Positions 1 to 23,861 of a stretch of 64,000 nucleotides of DNA are shown here, piece after piece. A program made the position numbers and the translations under genes. Position 1 is the stretch's first letter; every line of letters begins with the position of its first letter. The notes under the pieces are model-generated. The model was given only the letters and a program-made list of their open reading frames with translations. It did no database searches and had not been told where the DNA came from. This DNA comes from Antedon mediterranea. Taxonomy: Eukaryota > Animalia > Echinodermata. The DNA is taken from positions 19,778,001 to 19,842,000 of the forward strand of contig NC_092674.1 in assembly GCF_964355755.1 (NCBI RefSeq), given 5' to 3'.

Positions 1-773
1 AGCATGTACAATTTGTTTAAATATTAGTATTAAATAAATAATTTAAGTTAATTTTTAAATACTGTAGTACTGTATTCGTATGTCATGGTTGAAAGTCTAA
101 TCCTCTATCCATAGTATGCATTCATTTACTTCCCTGTTCAATTTTCTCAACATCCATTTCACAAGATTTCCTTTAAAATGTGTAGCAAAATTAATACAGT
201 ATTTGTGTTTTTTATTATGCGACTATTTTGTCTTTCGTTGAAACTTGTTTTACTTACTCACTGGTTAATGTCTTTGTTTTTACCAATTCAGTATTTCTCA
301 CTTCTTCCTCTTATTGTTTATGGTTTTGTTTCTGAATAGATATTCAAACTATGTTTTATTGCACATAAACAACTGCCATTATTAACTTTCAACCATGTAA
401 TCATCATATATGAGTTGTAAGTTAAATTTGTTAAAATATTAGTATTAAATAAATAATTAAGTTAATTTGTAAATACTGTAGGCTTACTTGTTTTTTTTAC
501 TACAATTATTGATTGTTTCTGTATAAATAACCTGCAGTGTTGACTAAAAACCCAGTGCAAATCAAGAATCTGAATGTATTGCGATATTTGTTGAATGGAG
601 AGAGTCAGAATATTTGACTATTCTATTTGAATATTCACCCATTCAAGTATTATAATAAATGTTCATATTATAAATAATTATTACATTACATGTTCATTAT
701 TATTTATTTTGTTGACAATTCTTTTCTTTTTTGCGACATAATTTCAAGCAGGCATTACCCAAAAAATTATCCC

Positions 774-879
774 TTTTCAGTCGCGTGCAACGCGACTCTA
801 CAGCTCACTATGTCGGTCGGTCGGTTGGTCGGTAAACAAAACTTGAGCACGCGACTGCAGCGATGTATATGGCCTTGTT
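774..879 (+). mobile_element. Short Helentron-type non-autonomous element (HINE/DINE-1-like), family 1
   Basis: T-run, AGTCGCGTGC subterminal repeat with adjacent inverted ACGCGACT, (GGTC)n microsatellite, 3' GCACGCGACT and GGCCTTGTT end. Related copies at 5838, 58347, 59056 and 59670. Confidence 0.65.
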
Positions 880-959
880 CAATATATTGAAAGTTACAAA
901 CAGCCAACAAGGTAATCACAACACAATCATTGTCTAATGCTTGCTAACGACTAATTCAT

Positions 960-1065
960 CGCTTGTGATTGGTCCAGTCACGTAGCGTTAACGTCCATGC
1001 ACATTATATTATTCGCCTATCTACTTTTGTGACGTGAACAGTTACGCAATTCACCCAATCACAAC
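960..1065 (+). promoter_or_regulatory. Putative promoter motifs of paralog A (CCAAT boxes plus TGACGTGA)
   Basis: ATTGG 968-972, TGACGTGA 1030-1037, CCAAT 1055-1059. The same ctacttttg..TGACGTGA..CCAATCA order occurs at 34509-34561 upstream of paralog B. Confidence 0.4.
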
Positions 1066-2864
1066 CGAGGAATGTTCGATAGGTGAATGTATTCGCTACT
1101 AATGGAAAACTTAGATGATTGGCTATTCTTTTTCAAGGATTCGTTTCTTTCTTTAAACTAAACTGGTTTTACTAATCGGATAAAAATATTGGTGATAAAA
1201 TAAGATTATTAAGATAATTAATTGTCCTGTTTATAAGTGGGGTTGCGACAGTAATGAAAATAAAAGTAAAGAAAAGTGATTATCAGTAGGCCGATTTACA
1301 CGAAACTAAATTCTGGAGAGTAGAACATGCGAAAAGGAAATGTCTGAATATCTTCTGTGGATTTAGAATTACGTAGGGTGACCTCACCTCACCAGCTTTG
1401 ATATACGTTTGTTTAATGGTAGCGTATATGACCGAAATTTAAATTATATAAAGTTATACTTTTAAATTAGGCCTACATATTATAATGGTTCAAGTAATAC
1501 GGTAATCTTTAATAATTTGATGACAATTCGATAAAAACATACATACGCAAGCATTTTATACGTATGACATTTATTGGAAACAAACTCAGTTCACCAATAA
1601 CGTAAATAGAATGTACATAACTGGTTTCCTAAATGAACTTCAAGTTTACAAGATGGGCTATTTTGATTTTTTAATTAACATGTTGTTAGTACAGTATTAT
1701 CTGTTTTTTATTTATTCTTGGTGTACCATTCATTGTAATTATAGTTAATTTCATCATTCGCTTTTTCTGAAACGTATATGACAACGTTATCAGCAAAGTT
1801 TACAGGAAGACCCATATTGTTACAGATTTTATATGTCGTTAAAACATCTAAAAGAAACCTGGGCTGTGTAATTTTCTAAAAGAAGGGACAACTAAATATA
1901 ATATGTGAATAACGTGGACATATTTGTTTGTAATGTAAAATCGAATTGATTAGATAAGCAAGGTGCTGTAGAATACGATGTATGTATATCCGTGAAACGA
2001 TTTAGGCCTACCAGTATGTGGTTTATGCTATGTGTTTATTATATATACAGTACAAGTAATAATTAACTTCACTGAAAATAAAATACGAATAATATTGTGA
2101 GAGAAAGACATTTGCACGCATGATTAAAGCTAAACACACCTTTTTTAAGGCCATCAAAAAAGTGAATGAATGAAGTTAATAGAGCGTTTTATTGTCAGCA
2201 GTTATATTTTCTACTGAAATCGTCATTTTCAAGTTATGGAACGTCATATGGTCAGTATTTTTTTTTTAAACGTACTTATTAGACTTCGTCCAATAGTTAT
2301 CTAACTAGTGTATGATCCAGACGTGGTTTTAGCGTTAAGGCGAACAGTATTTTAGCCTATCAGAATATCCTGAATTTGTATAGGCTACAGTTCCAACCTT
2401 GGTTGGTCCACCTTTGTAGCTTGGTCAGTGACCCACGTAGACGTCGATATTGATCAGGTCAGCTTCATTCACCACCTATATGTCAATAAAATAGAGGACC
2501 AGGAAGGATATATTGAGACATTTTATATTGATAGATGATTCTGCCTGTCTGTGAATCTCTTACTTAATTAACAACCACTCTGGTTAATGATGACGTATTT
2601 GACATAAGCAAGACCTATTTGTAGTTTGTAAGCCTAAAGCTTGCAAGAATGGCATAAAGTGGTGTTATTAGTAGTTTATTCAAATATGATGTATTATGCG
2701 TACAATTTCAGACCACTTTTTGTTTAGAGGACGCCATTAATTGATTTGATTATTATGACTTACTTTTTACAACAGTGTAGTTCTCCAAAAACTATTTTCT
2801 TGTCAATAAATTGCCTGAATGACTGAATTTATTATATATTTTAATTTTTAAGATTAATCGTAAA

Positions 2865-14000
<11,136 letters not shown>

Positions 14001-14511
14001 GGTATTGAACCTACAGTACCTGATTCATATTTTGTATTGACATTGAAGCAGTATTTTATTTATAATCTATTGAATAGAATGACACACAAAAGATGGAACA
14101 GTATAAACGAAACTAATTGAACCAGAATAAGCAAAACAACTTTGAATAGGCCTAATATAAAACCTTTTATTTGACAATGGAGAATACACATGTGGACACA
14201 ATAGTCACGTTCTGAGTTTTGTTTTAAAAGTGTATAGTGCACTTCGGTTTTGTCATGAATTGCCCTATTTTATAGAGAAGATTGTATTTCCTGGACGGTG
14301 ATCATCTCGTAAAAAAAAACCACAGCTAAAACACGTTTCGTAGGTAAGCAATGCAGAAAACATGAAATATTCATTACCGTAGTAGGCCTACTAGTAATAA
14401 TTTATTTGGAAGCTATATACCTTTGAAACAGTGGCACGTTTCTTAAGTTCAGCGTAATTAAAATAATAATATTATATTAAAATATTTAGTTATATTAAAA
14501 TTATTATAATT

Positions 14512-16850
14512 ATGGGAGAAGACAACTCCCATCCCGGCTTTAGATATGGAGGTTAGCTGCGAATATTAAATAAGCAGTCCCGGACAAAATCACGGGTCGC
14601 CCTTTAGCAAGGCATAGCACCCGACAGCTGCCCTACCAGGGTTAAGGAGAAGTCATTGGCCGCAGGATTATGGTTTAATTCTTTTGGCAGAATAACAACA
14701 AATCGTTATTCTGGCAATGTTTCCATTTTGCGTTTGGCGGAGGATGCTTCATGCACAACGACAAAGGCAAAACAACTTTGTAAAGAAGGTACTGCACTGC
14801 TAGATACCTGGCGTATCCGTAGCAGTACATATCCACCGAAAGGAATTTTATGACTCGTACTCGAAACCCCACAACATACCGCATCGCTCGTCACGTGGTT
14901 TCGGTTACCGCGTTATACTGATGGTACGACTTTGATTCAGTGCTCGAAAAATCAACTACAAAGTCACAATAACACCCCTCTTATAAAATGTAAGAGGACG
15001 ACAACCTTCTCAACGTTCAACGTTCGAACTCTAAACACCATAAATCAACTTCCTGAACTCGTTGCCTCTGCCATTCTTTTCAACATCGACATTATTTGCA
15101 TACAGGAACACCGCTTCTTTCACGATGATTTAACACTTTAAAAACCACGATGTCGGCAAAGGCTGGACATTTATCCCAGCTTCTGCTTTGAAAAACAATA
15201 TGAATGCTTCCATCGGTGGTGTTGGACTCCTTGTAAGTCCCAACGCCCGGAGATCTTTGAGTAATATCGAAATGATCCTAATTCCCCGAATATTAAATCA
15301 TTGTTTCAACGGAAATCCTGCAACAACCGTTATTTCGTGGTACAGTCCAACCAACACTAGTCTTGAGAATGATGTCGAGGACTTTTACAAAGCCCTCTCT
15401 TCACTTCGAAATATCCCTAAACATAATGTTTTGGTAATAGGAGGTGATATGAATGCACAACTTGGAAATGAAAATCATCTGTTTACTTACCACCATGAAA
15501 CAAATCGAAACGGTCAATATCTATAAGACTTCGAAAATGATCTCATCTGTCTAAACACCAATTTCCAAAAAAAACCCCATCAAAGCTGCGGACACATACA
15601 TACCCTCACGAAATGAAAGCCCAACTCGATTATATGCTTGTACATATGAAATAGATTAACAGCATCGTCAATAGTGAGGCATATAATACGTTTGAAAGAG
15701 TGAGCTCAGATCACAGGATTGTTTCAACAAAAATACGCCTTAGTCTCCGCAACAAAATCATCATCACCATCTTACGACTGGTCAGCTCTATCCAACCAAA
15801 ATACTCGAGACATCTACACGGGGCTGCCGGTCTAGACTCAATACCTCCTGAAGTATGGAAAACAGAAGCGTTTAATGACATAATTATACAACTTTTTAAT
15901 GCTATGTAACACGGTGAAAAATGACAAACGGTCGGAAGGATGCATACTCCCGTTTCCAAAAAAAAGGAGATCTTATAGTGACCCGAAAAATTACAGGGGT
16001 ATAACCCTCACCCCTATCGCAGCAAAAATCTACAACTCGCTTTCATTGAATCATCTTCAATACGTGGTAGATAACATCTTACGTGTAATCAGAATGCCTT
16101 CAGAAAGAACCGGTCAACGATCAGTCAAATACTGACCATCAGAAGAATTATTTAAGGTATCAACTTAAAGAATCTACCAGCTGTGATCTTATTCATAGAT
16201 TTTTAGAAGCTGTTGACTCCGTACACCGTGGCAAAATGGAGAAAATTCTGCTTGCCTACGGTATCCCTCATGAAACTGTGAAAGCAATAATGATGCTCTA
16301 TAAAGACAACACCGATAACGGTATCCCATTCAAAGAGGTGAATACATTTAAATATCTAGGAAGTCACATCGAATCGTCAAAAAGTTGAAATAAATAAGAA
16401 TATCTAAAGCCTGGACTGCTCTCAACTCACTAAAGGTTATTTGGAAATCTTTTCTAACACAGAGCATCAAAAGCCACAGTTGAATTGGTGCTGCTGTATG
16501 GATCCTCTACCTGGACACTAACGAAAGCTTAAGAAGCGAAACTTGATTATACATACACTCGAATGCTAAGAGTAGTTCTGGACATATCTTGGAGAGATCA
16601 TCCAACCAAACCGCAGTTATACGGAAATATGCGTCCAGTCTCATCCACAACGGCGTCTTCGCTTTGCTGGACATTGTTAAAGATCGAGACCTTGTTAGCT
16701 CTACACTTCTATGGAATCCAAGATATGGTCGCCAGAAGGTTGGACGTCCCCACAAAACCTACATAGATCAACTATGCGAAGAAACAGAATGCAAGCCGAA
16801 TGAACTGCCTGCTGCCACGGAAGACCAGAAAGGGTGGCGTATCCGAGTAA
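14512..16850 (+). mobile_element. RTE-clade non-LTR retrotransposon, decayed and internally deleted
   Basis: STFNVRTL, DIICIQEHR, GGVGLL, YSPTN, GGDMNA, SSDHRIV, GLDSIPPEVWK, NYRGITL, FKYLGS, MLR...ISWRDH, GRP.KTYIDQL, with many stops and frameshifts. Homology to the paralog B flank resumes at about 16851/58477, so B lacks the element. Confidence 0.88.
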
Positions 16851-17513
16851 AAGCTTTTACGATCGATCAAATGCAACTTCAACATTTGTAGGAAGATAAA
16901 TTACAGATGGTGAACCAAGAACATACATTGATTTTTGATCTATTATTGCTTCATTAATAATTGATTCGTATAAGTTGCTTTCGATAGACTTTGCCCAAGC
17001 ATCTAAAATTCCTCCAGTCTGATATTCTGGAGAGCAGGACATGAGAACAGGAAACATCGGCAGTGTATTTAGAGTATTTATTGTTTCGTCTAATTCAATT
17101 CAACTTTATTTAGGCCTATTTACTTATTAAAATATTTCCAAACAAACCGTGGATCGACAAAGGTTTTCAAAACCTGCTTAATTTTGCAAATGGAACAATC
17201 TTGGAAAGAAAGGCAACGTCAAATAAATCAGAAAACTAAGGAATAAAAAAAAGTATAAAAACAAAATTGAGAAAGAAAGAAAACAATAAAGGATGGAAAC
17301 GTTTGCAAACAATGACGGGTTATAAACAAAATCTAAAGATTTAACTCTAAATAACGAAAGTAAATATGTAAATGATCTAATAAGTAGAGTCGATAGAAAT
17401 AGTTATAGCAACCCTCAATCCAGATACACGATCCTGGTGTTGTTATAGATAATCAGTTAAAATTTGACAACAAATCTATTTCGTTACTGAGAGGATAAAG
17501 GATATATATTTAA

Positions 17514-18088
17514 ACTAGAGGGTACTCCGAGAGTACAAACCTCCGCCTACTGTAAAATTCCCCTACATAAAATGCCCCCTGAATATTTTTTTTTTACATT
17601 TTTTTTATTAGTTCTAAGTGTAAAAACTGCACACTACAAAGTTGTGGAGGACAGTGTGGTGTAATGGTTATGTATCCAGCCTCTCAAAGGTGAGATCGCT
17701 GGTTCAAGTCCCACTGAGGGTTTTTTTTTTTTTTTTTTTTTTTGTGGACCTTGATCTTTGACCCTGACCGTTCAAAATTTAACCACAATTATATGATGTG
17801 TCATTGATCATTGTGGCTAAGTTTGGTGAGAATCGGATCAAAACTGTCGTCTCTAGGCAGTAAAATAGTTTTTTGTTAGTTGTGACCTTGACCTACGACC
17901 TTTCCCCCTCAAATTCGAACTCGTCCGAGATCATTGAGCATAGATCATTGTGTCCAAATTTGGTTAGAATCGGATAAAAACTGTGGCCTCCAGGCTGTTC
18001 ACAGACACACACACAAACACACACACAAACACACAAACACACACACAAACATACAGGGGTGAAAACATAACCTCCTTGGCGGAGGTAA
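17514..18088 (-). mobile_element. HINE/DINE-1-like element, family 2, carrying a tRNA-derived module
   Basis: Read on minus: 5' TTACCTCCGCCAAGGAGGT, (GT/GTTT)n block, 3' GGCGGAGGT, hairpin GTACTCTCGGAGTAC, end CTCTAGT. Confidence 0.78.
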
Positions 18089-18940
18089 AAATTGTTCTTC
18101 CCATCCTCTTCCCCATCCCTCAACTCTAATGTTATATACAAAACACAAATTGGGTTTGTTTAAATGAGTTCAAATAAAAAAGTTTCTCCTTCGGAAGTAG
18201 GTCTAATTACCAGGGTGTTAATTTTAGTTGACTACATAAATCATCGTTTCTATTTATTCGTTTCTGTAAACGACAATGTACTATAGTCCTGCGGTAAGTA
18301 CATTTGAAATCGCCAGTTTTTTTGTTCACGCTGAAATTACTGCGTATTCGAGAACCATCCGTGGACACGACCATCTAGTTTAATTAATTACAATAAATCC
18401 ACAATCCACTTTTAAAAATAAATATTAGGCCTAACTGAAGAAAATGCAAACAAAGATTTCTATAGCAGTAGGCCTACTAACAGTTTTAAATTAATCAATT
18501 AAAACTAAACACCTACAAAATATGATTCCTTTCATATTTTATATATATATCCAATGGCAAATTTATATATAAATATATATAAAAATAATCCTCAATCAAT
18601 AATAATCAAAGAATATCCCTTGAAAATAAGTGTCCATAAAGTATTTAACTTTCATGGTACGGACGATTCCATTTACTATAATAGGGATGTTGCGCATTTC
18701 TTACTAATATGTTTTAAAATACTTCAAAATAATTAAGTACCTATTATTAATTCTTCGGAACGTTAGGAATGGCAAATATATTAATCATAATTACAATCGA
18801 TATTGGTTAAAATACAATATATAGAAGATTTAACCTCCGCACTCAGCCCGAGACAATGGAACTAATGGACCGAGAATCGAAAAACATGTGCCTACTCTTT
18901 TCTTTTTCCATTCATCAATTCTCATATTTTTAATGTTTTA

Positions 18941-19532
18941 TTACCTCCGCCAATGAGGTTATGTTTTCACCCCTGTATGTTTGTGTGTGTTTGTGTGTTT
19001 GTGTGTGTGTCTGTGAACAGCCTGGAGGCCACAGTTTTTATCCGATTCTAACCAAATTTGGACACAATGATCTATGCCCAAAAAGCTTGGACGAGTTCGA
19101 ATTTGAGGGGGAAAGGTCATAGGTCAAGGTCAAGGTCACAACTAACAAAAAACTATTTTACTGCCTAGAGACCACAGTTTTGATCTGATTGTCACCAAAC
19201 TTAGCCACAATGATCAATGACAAATCATATAATTGTGGTTAAATTTTGAAGGGTCAGGGTCAAAGATCAAGGTCCACAAAAAAAAAAAATAAAATAAAAA
19301 AATAATAAAAAAAAAACCCCTCAGTGGGACTTGAACCAGCGATCTCAACTGTGAGAGGCTGGATACATAACCATTACACCACACTGTCATCCACAACTTT
19401 GAAGTGTGCAGTTAACATATTTACACTTAGAACTAATAAAAAAAAAATGAAAAAAAAAAATATTCAGGGGGAATTTTATGTAGGGGAATTTTACAGTAGG
19501 CGGAGGTTTGTACTCTCGGAGTACCCTCTAGT
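18941..19532 (+). mobile_element. HINE/DINE-1-like element, family 2, second copy (inverted relative to 17514-18088)
   Basis: Near-identical reverse complement of 17514-18088 over its whole length. Confidence 0.78.
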
Positions 19533-21059
19533 ATATTGTATGTGTTTTTAAGCATCAAGGAAAACCAATTTCATGTTCGCCTTGCTGTGTTCATGACAAT
19601 AAAGATTTAGCTTATCATATCTTAACTTATCTTAACCTGGGACATGCTTTGTTGACAACCTAAAGCCCTTGGCAATCTAATTGACAATCACCTCAAGTTG
19701 TTACGGAAACTCCAATCAAAAAGCATCATACTTTTAGATCTCCAAAAATGGGCGGTCATAAACTGCAAACAGGGATTTCCCTCATCATGTTCATGAGGTG
19801 GCCAGCTGTATTGTTGTATTTCATTGAATAATTTATATTTCTGCGAATTTTCAACAACATAATAAAAATCTACATTTACATTATAACTCACATCCATGCG
19901 TTTTTATTTTTTCTGTCAGTTTTGTTTATTGACGATGTGTTAGTACAACTTTGCTCCCATTGCAGTGCACGGTAGTGGAGCCCTTGGATTAGTCTTGGGT
20001 GGAAGGTGCTGATGCTCAACATACTGCCATGAAGTATCTGCGTATACTTTCATGGGGAGCATCGTTGTATTAATGGTGATTTTTGTACCTATCAGTCTCT
20101 TTGGAGACTCTTCCAGGGAGTCCTGGTTGTTTTTTTTTTATCTCAGTTTCATGTGGGTAAGTGAACATTCTTCCTTATTTCCTGCACTTTGGTGTGCTGC
20201 TCTTGGCGGTGCCTTGGCACCTGCCGCGGGCTATTTTTCTCTGAGCATCCCTGTTGTGCTTACTTAGAATTGGAAAATTATTGCTATATAACTTATATTT
20301 GCTTATGACTTTTATGTGCAGTTTTACATGGGTGAATGTTCATTTACTAATTAAACTATTTAAGCCAGAACTTATGTTGTATGCGTCTTTATTTATTATT
20401 CTATGAGTTTGTTAATTGCCGCAGTCTCCGAGTAGCAAAAATCAGTTTTACAACAAATCTGAATTATACTTATGGTAAACCTCGACAACAAATGTTTTTT
20501 TATTGCTGGCGTTTTAAAATTACTTTGTACATGAATTGCGATGAGGAAACAGTTATTTGATCGTTAGATGCGTTCATTAAATATAAATAAAATTCGTTAG
20601 TATTAACTTATAATAAGAGTAAAAGAAGTAAAAGGAAGAAACGCAAAGCGAGTATGGAGCGGCTGTTCCAGAATATACAACAGGCAAATTAACTTTAAAA
20701 TACAAACATTTAGGTGATTCTGTCAAAGGTCAAGCGCCTTCAGCCTGCCACGTATTCAGTATTGTACCAACATAATAATAATAATAATCTGATTTACTAA
20801 TCAGATAGGATGATAAAATAAGATTATTAAAATAAGCATCGAAAGACAACTTGAGCTCTCGTCAGTTAAGCTACGTACATACACTGGACATATAATGGAT
20901 TTTTTGGGTTAAATTAATGCGTAAGTTACATACCAGAGTACGACTATCAATATTACCGTTAACGATTGTGCGAACAGATGGAACTACCCTACAAGCCCGT
21001 AGCCAGGATTTTTACAGGGGGGTTCTTTTTTCTCAAAAAGGCCCAATGATATTGATCAC

Positions 21060-21697
21060 CAGCCACAAGAGCACCCCCTCTCCTAAGAGTTTCCTGCCCA
21101 AGGATTTTGGCCTCATCATGGTTGTGGCTGAGGTAAGAAAAATAGGAAAAGATAGAGCGATACAGGGGCGGTCGCAGACTCGCAGGACTATTTTAAGAGG
21201 GTTGCCCAAAGACTCCAGTGCTGTAGAAAATGAGTATTTGAGCAAGAAAATTGTTAAATGACACCCCTACATGGTAGGCCTACTCTCGGACGTAAAATTC
21301 ATAATAAATTGCACCTCTAGTTCGACGGAAATGTCACTCATTCTATAGTGCGCTAGCAAACAGAGGATCGTAGCCGCAGCCACAAGAGCACCCCCTCTCC
21401 TAAGAGTTTCCTGCCCAAGGATTTTGGCCTCATCATGGTTGTGGCTGAGGTAAGAAAAATAGGAAAAGATAGAGCGCTACAGGGGCGGTCGCAGACTCGC
21501 AGGACTATTTTAAGAGGGTTGCCCAAAGACTCCAGTGCTATAGAAAATGAGTATTTGAGCAAGAAAATTGTTAAATGACTGTGACACCCCTACATGGTAG
21601 GCCTACTCTCGCACGTAAAATTCATAATAAATTGCACCTCTAGTTCGACGGAAATGTCACTCATTCTATAGTGCGCTAGCAAACAGAGGATCGTAGC
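21060..21697. repeat. Tandem duplication of about 320 bp (2 copies) inside a dispersed element
   Basis: 21060-21374 and 21378-21697 are nearly identical; an internal block recurs at about 43160-43222. Confidence 0.9.
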
Positions 21698-22089
21698 ATA
21701 ATGTTATTCGACCGGTAATAAAACATACGCGACTAACAATGCCTATAGGATAACATTTTTGTTTTTGTTCAATGCGAACGTCACGGGGAAGTTCCCGATG
21801 AAGGTACTTCTGGTACGGTATTACATTCTAATAACTGTACTCATATTGTAAATTTATTAGCAATTAATAATTTTAAAAAGTTATGCAAAAAAATATGAAG
21901 CTGCTTCTATAAATATATTGCGCAAAACGTTAAATTGTGTTATTTTCAATTAAATGCTAAATAAAGTCAGATGTTAAAACCATAATTTCAAAAATTCATT
22001 TTTTATTTATCCACTATAAACTTGAAAAAAGGTGTTGTTTAAACCACACTCCAAAATAAAACAAAGAAAATTATGATATGACATTTGCA

Positions 22090-22400
22090 GAAGGAAGCAA
22101 ACTTTGCTCTGCTACCGGTATAACACGATTCAAATTTCGGAACTTCCATAAATTACTACGGAAATTCGGCCTAATATTTACGGACGTATGGAAGTGAAGA
22201 TAAATAGGGTACTACACGCATCGAAAAAAAAAACTATAGGCACAATTATGATTTGGCCTAAAAATTGGCCTTAGATTATGGAAGACCCCCTGCAAAACGC
22301 AATAATTATGGACAGATCGATTATTAGCCTTGGTAATATGCCTAATATTTAAAAAGAATGAATATAAGCTATATTTTTGTTTTGTCGCAAAGTTCATGTG
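22090..22400 (+). repeat. Dispersed repeat of unknown class; further copies at about 22810-22980 (+) and 31235-31468 (-)
   Basis: Shared blocks taatattt(a)cggacgta, aatgaagataaa..gggtact and aaaacgcaataat. Confidence 0.65.
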
Positions 22401-23861
22401 AATGCTTGATCCATTAGAGGTAATCTGTGATAGTTTTTATTTGCTTGTATTATAACACAAGTTCATTTTGGATTTTCAGTAAATTACCACTGGTTTATTT
22501 AAGGTCAACACACTGTAACTAATCCCTCACCATTCAATCAACAATTATTATACTACCATTGTTGAAGAATTGATTGCGTGATATCAAAATGGATTGATTT
22601 AAAACGTAACAAAGATACGACCTTGTCTGGTATTTATGCATTTAAAATAAATTTTGTTTGTGAAATATTTTGGTTAGGTCGCTAAATTCGTTGGCGCCAG
22701 ACTTTACTTCTTTTACCAATTTTAACAATAAGCTAACAACAAAACATTGAACAATGATAAAATGCCGTAAAACTCTGTAACTACTTTATGACTAAGTCTA
22801 TCAAGTTCCGAGTTTGCTCAGCTACCGACGCGGTATAATAATTCTCTGTTAATTCTGAAATTTGCCCTAATATTTCGGACGTATACGGAAATGAAGATAA
22901 ACTGGGTACTCCACGGAAAAATAAAACTATACGCAAAACTATGATTTGGCCTTAAATTATGGAAAAACGCAATAATGTTGAACAAATTGACGACCCATAG
23001 GACGGGTTTTTCCCGAACACAGTGTGTGTTGTCCTCCTTTCGTACCTCTCATCAAGAGAGAGATACATCTCCCTGCTCTCTAACGCGCGCACCACAAGCA
23101 ACTAATCAATCAGAAATTTGTTCTGCGTATGCTCAGAAACTTATCTACTTTTATCTGTGCGCGGTATAGTGGGCCTATTGGTGATTGCTGTGCCAATTTA
23201 CAAATATTCTCTTTCAGACTAGACTTCTATAACGTATAAATATGGGTATTGTATACGAAGAAATGGGACTCAATTTTAATTTAGTGGCAGAAACAACATT
23301 TAGTATGAAATTAAGGGTGTTGCCCGGGCCACTAAGGCAACACCCCTGGGTCCGCCCCTGCGCTAAATGCTTGGAAATTAGTGTTATTGAAAATATCAGG
23401 ATGTTTGGTAGAAAATATGCCTGATACTGTACACCGCACCGCGGCACCATACCAAACTGTTGCTGTCCGACATGACTGTGCCCTACACACACCTGGCATA
23501 TGTTTCAGTCCATCACGTCTCCTTGTGTTTTCGAGGAAATAATGACCCTCAACGCCCCACTCGGGGTGGGGGCTGCAGGATACAGTCCAACAGTATAAAA
23601 CAAGAAATAAGGCCATGGCCTAACGTGGCTGGGAGTCATTGGACAACTAGGTCTACTTGACCTGGCTGGGCTAGCTAAAGTAGGTAGGGGATAAAAGGCC
23701 TAAAAAATCGGACAGAAAATGTGGAGTTATTTACATGTATTTGACTAATACAGTACAAATATAACAAAATATAGCAAAATAGTCAACAAAATATTGATAA
23801 TAAAATACAATCATTTTAAAGTTAAAAAAGGGTTATTATTATTATTATATAATATATCGAT

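Noticed and set aside
976-1037. CLEAR (TFEB) element upstream of a lysosomal-type gene
   Set aside because: The sites read GTCACGTA and GTGACGTG, not the GTCACGTGAC E-box.
20917-21562. ORFs of 114, 70 and 69 aa
   Set aside because: They lie within a tandem duplication of a dispersed element and show no recognisable domain or splice structure.
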